The position numbers and the translations under genes are program-made. Shown piece by piece: positions 32,062 to 39,400 of a stretch of 51,069 nucleotides of DNA. The notes below the pieces were generated by a model that saw nothing but the letters and a program-made list of their open reading frames with translations, was not told where the DNA came from and made no database searches. The number at the start of each line of letters is the position of its first letter. The first letter of the stretch is position 1. This DNA comes from Candidatus Micrarchaeota archaeon (GTDB taxonomy: Archaea > Micrarchaeota > Micrarchaeia > Norongarragalinales > UBA8480): contig CAYMAH010000029.1 in the NCBI GenBank assembly GCA_964388435.1, forward strand, positions 1 to 51,069, read 5' to 3'.

Positions 32062-33116
32062 TTTCTCAAAACCACCACACTCTCTCTTACGCTTGGAATC
32101 CCCAAATGTCTAACTCCCCTTTCCTTTCCAACAATAACATTTGACTTAAACCCAATCTCCTCTCCAATCCCGGCAAAAATCTTATCCACTTCAACCACCT
32201 CCCCGCCGACAACGCTATTGCCCACAACCAAAGCCACGGCCCCCCCTTCCACCAAACAATCGTCAAACACTCTTAAAACTTTTTCCATATCCTCAAAATA
32301 AGCGTCTTTAACCAAACTCATGCTTTTTGAAAGAAGAAAAGACCTCAAAAACCCCGCGCTCTCCCCACCCACAATGTTCAACTCCAAACCGTAAATTTTA
32401 GAATAATCCACTCCATTCAAGTAAGGCGGCGAGGTCACTATAGAAGAAAACTTCAAGCCCTTAAAAATTCTCGCATCGCCAACCAAAACCTTTGGTTCAA
32501 CCCCTTCAAGCAAGGAAGCCTCTGAAATCATCCTCAACGCCTTTCTTTTAAAAGCAACTCTAACCGGCATCAACTTCTTTCTCTTGTCAATCTTCAAAAC
32601 CCCCCCGTCCTTGAAAATAAAACTAGTCTGCGGAATCAAACTGGTCAAAACAGTAAGAAAAAACTCTCTCTCCCGTTGAGTTTCAATCTCGTTTATCTTT
32701 TTCTTCAAAGCAAAAAAATCAGAAAGGCTCTTCCTTGGAAAAACATCCTCGGGCTTGAAAAACCTGAAACCCCACTCCTTTTTATCAATTTCTTCAAATT
32801 TTAAAACCTCTTCAAAAACACCCTTCAGAAAACCAATATCATAATTCCTGGTTTTAACCCTTGAAACCATAACACTCAAAGGATTGCAATCCAATCCAAC
32901 GCTTTCCAAGCCATTCAATTTACAATACAAAAGAGTGGTACCAGCACCGCAAAAAGGATCTAAAAACGGCGGCTTCAAATCAAGCATTCCGACTATCCTT
33001 TCAACAAAACCGCTTGAAAAAGCCTCCTTATAATAAAACCAGTTATAAACGGGTTTTTTCTTGTCGGGCGAGAAAGTAAAATCATCGCCAAAATCAAAAT
33101 AAGTCAACCCTCCCAT
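32058..33116 (-). CDS. SAM-dependent amino-methyltransferase (N6/N4 DNA-methylase-like), motif I before motif IV
   Basis: FLDPFCGAGTTLL (motif I) near residue 52 and IVTSPPYLNGVDYSKIY (motif IV) near residue 228. No nuclease-like neighbour. 4-nt overlap with pth2 and 13-nt overlap with the upstream ORF. Confidence 0.7.
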   Translation of the reverse strand: MGGLTYFDFGDDFTFSPDKKKPVYNWFYYKEAFSSGFVERIVGMLDLKPPFLDPFCGAGTTLLYCKLNGLESVGLDCNPLSVMVSRVKTRNYDIGFLKGVFEEVLKFEEIDKKEWGFRFFKPEDVFPRKSLSDFFALKKKINEIETQREREFFLTVLTSLIPQTSFIFKDGGVLKIDKRKKLMPVRVAFKRKALRMISEASLLEGVEPKVLVGDARIFKGLKFSSIVTSPPYLNGVDYSKIYGLELNIVGGESAGFLRSFLLSKSMSLVKDAYFEDMEKVLRVFDDCLVEGGAVALVVGNSVVGGEVVEVDKIFAGIGEEIGFKSNVIVGKERGVRHLGIPSVRESVVVLRK

Positions 33117-33532
33117 AACCGCTCCTCTTTATTAAAATACTCCCTCAACTTCCCAGTTAAAACAATTTCATTACTCTTTTGAATCCTGTTTAAAACCTTC
33201 AACATTCCTTGAATGGCATTATTATCGATAGCTCCATTTAATTTTTTTGCAATTGAATCAAATTTAATCTCGTTTTTCTCTCTCAACTCATCATTCATAA
33301 CCCCTAAAATTTTAGGGTGTTTTTTAAAAGCTTTCGACAAAGACTCAATATTATTCTCTTTGATTTCATTTTTAACCACGCCTAAAATCTTCGGAACGTC
33401 CCCCTCTCTCGCGATCATGCCGATATTATGCAAAGCCTTCTCTATAGCGGCGCTGTGTTCAATCAAACCCTCGCTCCTAAGCTTTTCATTCAACTTGGCT
33501 TTAAACTCTTCTTCCATATTCTTTTTCCCCAT
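33104..33532 (-). CDS. Hypothetical helical-repeat protein (142 aa)
   Basis: Internal repeat VPKILGVVKNEIKENNIES / HPKILGVMNDELREKNEIK. Predicted all-helical. First gene of the hypothetical-MTase-pth2 string. Confidence 0.5.
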   Translation of the reverse strand: MGKKNMEEEFKAKLNEKLRSEGLIEHSAAIEKALHNIGMIAREGDVPKILGVVKNEIKENNIESLSKAFKKHPKILGVMNDELREKNEIKFDSIAKKLNGAIDNNAIQGMLKVLNRIQKSNEIVLTGKLREYFNKEERLWEG

Positions 33533-33575
33533 TTACTTGACTAAATTAAAATTAAAAGCTTTTACATTCAAAATA

Positions 33576-35207
33576 ATGCGCATGAACGTCAGAATAGCAG
33601 TTATAGACCAGAAGCTGTGCTCGCCTGAAAACTGCGGGGGTCAGCCGTGCGCAAAATTCTGCCCCGTAAATAGAATGGGAGAAGAATGCGTGACAATAGA
33701 AAAAACCGCCAAAATAAGCGAAGCGCTATGCACCGGATGCGGAATATGCGTCAAAAAATGCCCCTTCCACGCCATAACCATCATAAACCTGGCAAGCCCA
33801 ATCAAAGAAAAACTTGTTTTTTCATACGGAGAAAACTCATTTTCACTTTACGGCTTAGCTCTGCCTAAAGGAGTAAATGGAATAATAGGCGACAACGGGT
33901 GTGGCAAAACAACAAACGTAAAACTATTGGAAGGAAAGCTAAAAATACAAAACTTTCCAACAGTTGAAGTAAAAGAATTCTTCGAAACAAAACCCAAAAT
34001 AATCGTCAAACCGCAGGAAATATCAGCTCAAAACCTAAAAGGAAAAGTAAAAACCCTTGTTGAAAAACTCAAAACGCCGGCCTACAAAGAAATAAACGAA
34101 GTGCTTGACTTTAAATACATTCTTGAAAAAGAAGCTTCAACCTTATCGGGAGGCGAGCTTCAAAAACTCTACCTCATAGCAGCCATAAGCGGTGAAAGCG
34201 AGGCAATGATCTTAGACGAGCCATTCGCGTTTCTAGACTACGCTTACAGAATAAAACTAACAGAATTCCTGAAAAAAACAGGCAAGAACATGCTCATAAT
34301 AGAACATGACTTATCCCTTCTCTCATACCTGTGTGAAAGTGTTTATATAATGTACGGCGCTCCAGGAGCCTATGGCGTCGTCTCAAACACCTACTCAACC
34401 GATAGAGGCATAAATATGTTCCTAAACGGGTTCATAAACCCCGAAAACACAAGATTCAGAGCCGAACCCATAAAATACAAAAAATACGCTGTCGAAGAAA
34501 AAACAACCAAAAACTTTGAAATAAAACCCTTCACCGAAAAACTCGACGGGTTTGAACTATCAAATGACAAAAAAATAAACGTGTTTAGCGGGGAAATAAT
34601 CGGAATAGCTGGAAAAAACGGAATAGGCAAATCCACCCTCTGCAGACACTTAAACCGGCAAGTAGAAAGCTCGATAAAAAACCAAATACTCCAAAGAACG
34701 GACGAGTCTGTAGGAAATTATTTAAAAATAAACAGCAACTTCGACGACACATTCATTAAAAACATGAATCTCAAAAACCTGGAATTCTACAACATAAAAC
34801 AAATCTCGGGAGGCGAGCTTCAAAAGCTTGAAATATTCAAATGCCTATCGCGGCAAAAAAACACCTACATACTAGACGAGCCGACAAACATGCTTGACGT
34901 AAACGGAAGAATTTTACTTTCAAAAATGCTAAGAGAAAAATCAAACGAAGGCGCTTCAATCTTAATAGTAGACCACGATCTTGAATTCCTGCTAAACACG
35001 GTAGACAAGCTGATGATAATAAACGGAACCCCCGGAGAAAAAGGCGTCGTAGAAGGAGTATTCGAAAAAGACGAGGGAATAAAAAGACTCTTAAGCGCTT
35101 TTGAACTGACCTATCGAAGAGACGATGAAACAAACAGAATCAAACTAAACAAAAAGGGAAGCGTCAAAGACTCGGAACTCAAAAAAACCGGAAAATTCAT
35201 AGAATGA
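33576..35207 (+). CDS. abcE1: ABCE1 / RNase L inhibitor ribosome-recycling ATPase
   Basis: N-terminal double 4Fe-4S motif (CSPENCGGQPCAKFCP...CTGCGICVKKCP) and two ABC cassettes (GDNGCGKTT, LSGGELQK twice). The ATG at 33576 is preferred, since the upstream track extension is antisense to 33104..33532. Confidence 0.9.
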   Translation: MRMNVRIAVIDQKLCSPENCGGQPCAKFCPVNRMGEECVTIEKTAKISEALCTGCGICVKKCPFHAITIINLASPIKEKLVFSYGENSFSLYGLALPKGVNGIIGDNGCGKTTNVKLLEGKLKIQNFPTVEVKEFFETKPKIIVKPQEISAQNLKGKVKTLVEKLKTPAYKEINEVLDFKYILEKEASTLSGGELQKLYLIAAISGESEAMILDEPFAFLDYAYRIKLTEFLKKTGKNMLIIEHDLSLLSYLCESVYIMYGAPGAYGVVSNTYSTDRGINMFLNGFINPENTRFRAEPIKYKKYAVEEKTTKNFEIKPFTEKLDGFELSNDKKINVFSGEIIGIAGKNGIGKSTLCRHLNRQVESSIKNQILQRTDESVGNYLKINSNFDDTFIKNMNLKNLEFYNIKQISGGELQKLEIFKCLSRQKNTYILDEPTNMLDVNGRILLSKMLREKSNEGASILIVDHDLEFLLNTVDKLMIINGTPGEKGVVEGVFEKDEGIKRLLSAFELTYRRDDETNRIKLNKKGSVKDSELKKTGKFIE

Positions 35208-35258
35208 TTTTTTGCAATCAAAAGTAATTTAAATTATTTTAAACTTAATCAATAAACA

Positions 35259-36209
35259 ATGGAATCTTTTACTCCCTGGATTGAAAAGTACAGGCCTAAA
35301 AAGTTAAGCGAAGTTATCGGCCACGAGGAGATAACGAAAAGGCTTGAAGCTCTGGTAAAGACAAAAAACATTCCTCACCTGCTTTTGGTGGGCCCGCCTG
35401 GCTGCGGCAAAACCACGTGCATACTTGCGATGGCTTTCGAATTGTTTGGAGATTCAACTTCTGAATGCGTTTTAGAGCTTAATGCCAGTGACGACCGAGG
35501 CATAGATGTTGTCAGAAAGAAAATGAAGGATTTTGCAAGGACCGTTTCTCTTGTAAACACCCCGTTCAAGATAATATTCCTTGACGAGGCGGACAATCTG
35601 ACCTCCGACGCTCAACAGGCGCTGAGAAGAACAATGGAAAAGTACGCTTCAAACACTCGATTCATTCTAAGCGCCAATTATTCAAGCCGGATTATAGAAC
35701 CGATTCAAAGCAGGTGCGCGGTGTTCAGGTTTTCAAGATTGTCTGAAGGTGAAATAAAAGAAATAATTAGGAAAATATCAAAAGAAGAGGATTTGAGCCT
35801 TGACGATGGCGGTTTGAACGCTGCCGAGTATGTTTCGGAAGGCGACGCCAGAAAAGCCATCAATTGCCTTCAAGGTGCGGCCGCCTTGTCTAAAAAAATA
35901 ACCGATAAGGAAATTTACAAAATCAGTTCAAGGGCAAGGCCGAAAGAAGTGAGCGAAATGATTGAAACCGCTATGAAGGGAAAGTTCACAACCGCAAGAA
36001 ACCTTTTGGACAAGCTAATGATTGAATACGGGATGAATGGAGAGGATGTTATAAATCAGATTTACAAAGAAGTAATCCAGCTCAACATCACCGATGAAAA
36101 AAAAGTGAAGATAATCGACAAGATTGGAGAGTATGATTTCAGAATGATTGAAGGAGCTCAGGAGAGAATACAGCTTGAAGCGCTTTTGGCTCAACTATCG
36201 ATTTTATAA
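35259..36209 (+). CDS. rfcS: Replication factor C small subunit
   Basis: WIEKYRPKKLSEVIGHEEI, Walker A GPPGCGKTT, DEAD box IIFLDEADNLT, SRC motif QSRCAVFRF. No intein. Confidence 0.92.
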   Translation: MESFTPWIEKYRPKKLSEVIGHEEITKRLEALVKTKNIPHLLLVGPPGCGKTTCILAMAFELFGDSTSECVLELNASDDRGIDVVRKKMKDFARTVSLVNTPFKIIFLDEADNLTSDAQQALRRTMEKYASNTRFILSANYSSRIIEPIQSRCAVFRFSRLSEGEIKEIIRKISKEEDLSLDDGGLNAAEYVSEGDARKAINCLQGAAALSKKITDKEIYKISSRARPKEVSEMIETAMKGKFTTARNLLDKLMIEYGMNGEDVINQIYKEVIQLNITDEKKVKIIDKIGEYDFRMIEGAQERIQLEALLAQLSIL

Positions 36210-36234
36210 AAAAACTTAAAAAAGTGTTTTAAAA

Positions 36235-37239
36235 ATGATTTTAACGGATATCGTATGGATTATATTTTTAATAATAACATTTTTAGTAATAGCCAAAGTA
36301 CTTGAAAAAATATTCGGAAGAATCTTCACGTTCAAAGAACTGAAAACAGACGTCAATGTATTGAAAAAAGCTGAAAAATCTCTCATTTCTCTTTTATCCT
36401 TCATAGCGCTGTACATAGGAGTTTCAACCACGACTGAATTCAACCTGCCTGTTGTGTTCATGCTAATAAAAGTAATGATAATCATAAGCGGGGCTTACTT
36501 TTTCATAGAACTGGGAAATATAATCATAGAACACGAGGCAAAAATCACCAAAAGAGCGGTTTTCACCGACTTTTCAAACACCCTCTCCAAGCTTTGGGAC
36601 TTATTCATAATAATTGTAGCCATGACCATACTCATGAGCCTTTTTGGAATAGAAGTAACCGCCGTGATAGCAAGCCTTGGAATAGCAGGTTTGGCCATAG
36701 GCCTTGCTTTACAGGACGTTCTATCGAATTTCTTTTCAGGCATTTCAATGGGTTCCGACAAGTCAATAAGAACGGGAGATTATGTCAAGCTTGACAACGG
36801 AATGGAAGGGTATGTTGATCACATGACTTGGAGAAACGTGAGACTGAAAACCCTTGACAATAATTACATCTTCATACCAAACCTCAAGTTCAGCCAAAGC
36901 GCGGTTACGAATTATTTTTTCAGGGAAAAAGAGCTAAGCCTGTCAATACCCTTAAGCGTTTCTTATGATTCAGACCTTGATGAAGTGGAAAAAATAACCT
37001 CAGAAACCGCGAAAGAAGTAATCAAAAACAATATTGGAGCGGTACAAGACTACCTCCCTGTTATAAGATATTCAAGCTTCGGAAATTCTGGAATCAATTT
37101 TTCGCTAAACGTAAAATGCAAAACCTACACCGACAAATACCTTCTAACTCACGAGTTGATAAAAGCAATCAATAAAAAATACAAAAAAGAAGGGATAGAA
37201 ATACCATTCCCAATAACCGAAGTGCACATGAAAAAATAA
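36235..37239 (+). CDS. Small-conductance mechanosensitive channel (MscS family)
   Basis: Pore helix GIAGLAIGLALQDVLSNFFSGISM followed by the beta domain GDYVKL...GYVDHMTWRNVRLKTLDNNYIFIPN. Confidence 0.85.
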   Translation: MILTDIVWIIFLIITFLVIAKVLEKIFGRIFTFKELKTDVNVLKKAEKSLISLLSFIALYIGVSTTTEFNLPVVFMLIKVMIIISGAYFFIELGNIIIEHEAKITKRAVFTDFSNTLSKLWDLFIIIVAMTILMSLFGIEVTAVIASLGIAGLAIGLALQDVLSNFFSGISMGSDKSIRTGDYVKLDNGMEGYVDHMTWRNVRLKTLDNNYIFIPNLKFSQSAVTNYFFREKELSLSIPLSVSYDSDLDEVEKITSETAKEVIKNNIGAVQDYLPVIRYSSFGNSGINFSLNVKCKTYTDKYLLTHELIKAINKKYKKEGIEIPFPITEVHMKK

Positions 37240-37303
37240 CCACCGGTTTTTAACCAAAAACTCAAAGGCAATGTTTTTATCTTTTCTTTTCTTTAACCTT
37301 TCA

Positions 37304-38452
37304 ATGGAATTTGACTTAATCATCGCAGGAGCCGGCCCGGCGGGGCTTTCAACAGCCTACCACGCGGCAATCGAAAACCTCAACGTTTTGCTTCTGGAAG
37401 AGCATGAAAATATAGGAGAGCCAGTACACTGCGGAGAGTGCCTGTCAAACGTAGCGCTGCAAAAATTCAACTTCAACCCGCCGGAAAGCGCGATATCAAA
37501 AAAAGTAGGCGGAATAGACCTGGTATCCGAAAATCACCATTCCTTCCTTCCTGAAAAAGGAGTGGTTTTAAACAAAAACAAGTTCGAGCAATGGCTGGCC
37601 GACAAAGCCGCAAGCAAAGGCGTGGAAATAAAAACAAAATCAAAAGTAGATAATATGACCAAAGAAGGTGGAATTTGGAGCGTCAAATCAGGAGAAAACA
37701 ATTACAAAAGCAAGGTTCTGGTTGACGCAACCGGCGTTTCAAGCTTTATAACCAAAAAAATACTAAACCAAAGCCTTGAAACAGTGGTTGGAATCCAATA
37801 CAAATTAGGAGACGTTGAAGGAAAGGAAAAAATAGACTTTTACGCCATCCCTTCACTAGCGCCTCATGGCTATTTATGGGTCATACCAAAATCCGACGGT
37901 GCTAATGTTGGGTTGACGACAAACCAAAATACAAAAGCGAAAATCTATCTTGATTTTTTTCTTAAAAAAATAGGTTTGAGTGAAAAGCCGAAGCTTAAAA
38001 CCTTCGGGGGGCTTATACCTGCTTCCGGGCCTAAAAAAACCTTTTCAAATTCCTTCATAGCGGTGGGAGACGCCGCCGGGTTTACAAGCCCCTTATTCGA
38101 AGGCGGGACTCACTTGTCATTAAAATCGGGGCAGCTGGCGGCTAAAACCATAAAGCAAGCGGCCGATAAAAACGATTTTTCTGAAACCTCCCTTTCAACC
38201 TATGAATCAGAGTGGAAAAAAGAATTCCCCAACTACCTCTCAATACTTAAAGGAAAGGAAAAATTCTACTCGCTGCAGGACAAGGAAGTGGATGAAATAA
38301 TCTCAATAATGCCTGAAAAAATAAGCGGAGGCTCTTCAGAAAAACTCTTGTCTGGAATCAAGCTTTTGACAAAGCCGGGTTTGGCAAAAAAAGGCGCTAT
38401 TGAAATCTTCAAGGCTTTTTCCTATTCCCAAGCAAGATTCTACGGTTGGTAA
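37304..38452 (+). CDS. Geranylgeranyl reductase family FAD-dependent oxidoreductase
   Basis: MEFDLIIAGAGPAGLSTAY dinucleotide fold, HCGEC motif and VGDAAGFTSPLFEGG. The ATG at 37304 is preferred. Confidence 0.85.
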   Translation: MEFDLIIAGAGPAGLSTAYHAAIENLNVLLLEEHENIGEPVHCGECLSNVALQKFNFNPPESAISKKVGGIDLVSENHHSFLPEKGVVLNKNKFEQWLADKAASKGVEIKTKSKVDNMTKEGGIWSVKSGENNYKSKVLVDATGVSSFITKKILNQSLETVVGIQYKLGDVEGKEKIDFYAIPSLAPHGYLWVIPKSDGANVGLTTNQNTKAKIYLDFFLKKIGLSEKPKLKTFGGLIPASGPKKTFSNSFIAVGDAAGFTSPLFEGGTHLSLKSGQLAAKTIKQAADKNDFSETSLSTYESEWKKEFPNYLSILKGKEKFYSLQDKEVDEIISIMPEKISGGSSEKLLSGIKLLTKPGLAKKGAIEIFKAFSYSQARFYGW

Positions 38453-38906
38453 ATTTTGATTTAACCGCAAGAGAGAAAAGCAGTGTTGAAAGCCTGTTTA
38501 AATAACTTGACTTCACGTCAGGGGGTGAAAAAACCAGCAAATCCAATTCAGCTCTTCTGCAAACCGTTCTGGCAATATTCAAAAAACAACCGCCCTCTTC
38601 AAAATCAACAAAATTCTTGACCTTAAATTTTGAATCAATTTTCAAGCTCTCCTTTTCAAGAAAATCCACGTCTTTGCCTTCAACCACGCACTCCCCTCCC
38701 GCAACGCAAAAACTTATCTTATGCAAATCGCTTGTTATCTTGTCAAGAATTTTCTTGTCAGAACCTTCAGAAAAAGAACCGCACAATTCAATCCAGGCGC
38801 TCAACTCATCCAAAGCACCCAATGCCCTTATCTGACCGCTGCTTTTCTTTACTTTTTTTCCAATAACCGATGTTAAACCTTCATCCCCTAAGTGAATTCT
38901 GGCCAT
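38409..38906 (-). CDS. ATP:cob(I)alamin adenosyltransferase, PduO/MMAB type
   Basis: GDEGLTSVIGKKVKKSSGQIRALGALDELSAWIELC...CRRAE...YLNRLSTLLFSLA. Confidence 0.78.
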   Translation of the reverse strand: MARIHLGDEGLTSVIGKKVKKSSGQIRALGALDELSAWIELCGSFSEGSDKKILDKITSDLHKISFCVAGGECVVEGKDVDFLEKESLKIDSKFKVKNFVDFEEGGCFLNIARTVCRRAELDLLVFSPPDVKSSYLNRLSTLLFSLAVKSKFTNRRILLGNRKKP

Positions 38907-39169
38907 GCTTTAGAATCGTTTTTATTTTTTAAAAACCTTTTCCTTTTGAAAATACTCCTGCAAAAATCAAGAAGGGGTGGAATAAGCGTTTATAAATTCC
39001 CTCTCTATTTAATTCTTATCTTAAACGAAGATCAATTTGATTTTTGATGTCTTCCCTAACCGCTTTAGCGCCAAAAATATTTTTTAATTCTTTGAGCCCG
39101 ACTATCCTGACGTTGGTTCAGTTCCTTTTAAGGCGAATGTTTATAATCTTTCTCTAATATAATTCTATT

Positions 39170-39400
39170 ATGAAAATGACGAGTGTCGATGTGGATGACA
39201 AATGCTGGGTTTCGTGCGTTCTGCCTGTCGAAATGAGCGCCAAGCGCTTTCCAACATTCAAGAGGAAAATATCATACGCCGGAAATTCGTTAGTGGTTAT
39301 AATACCAGAAGATTTGGTAAAATTTTTGAAATTAAAAAAAGGAAGCGAAGTCGAACTGATATCATTAAATGACAAAATGTTCGCCGTAAAAGTTGAATGA
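39170..39400 (+). CDS. AbrB/SpoVT-like (swapped-hairpin) DNA-binding protein upstream of sufB
   Basis: KISYAGNSLVVIIPEDLVKFLKLKKGSEVELISLNDKMFAVKVE. Stop overlaps the sufB ATG (ATGA). An alternative internal start gives MSAKRF. Confidence 0.6.
   Translation: MKMTSVDVDDKCWVSCVLPVEMSAKRFPTFKRKISYAGNSLVVIIPEDLVKFLKLKKGSEVELISLNDKMFAVKVE

Noticed and set aside
32058-33116. Complete restriction-modification system
   Set aside because: Only the methyltransferase is recognisable. The flanking ORFs are Pth2 and a small helical-repeat protein with no nuclease motifs.
33213-33575. N-terminal 121-aa extension of the ABCE1 ORF in the track
   Set aside because: The extension is antisense to the 33104..33532 gene and is low-complexity (Ser/Phe/Leu). 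ABCE1 homology begins at the MRMNVRIAVID methionine at 33576.
39040-39112. Possible C/D box sRNA (TGATGT ... CTGA about 65 nt apart) in the intergenic region before the AbrB-like gene
   Set aside because: The C box is imperfect, I see no clear C'/D' boxes or terminal stem, and the minus strand here also reads as a short protein-like fragment. The evidence is too weak.
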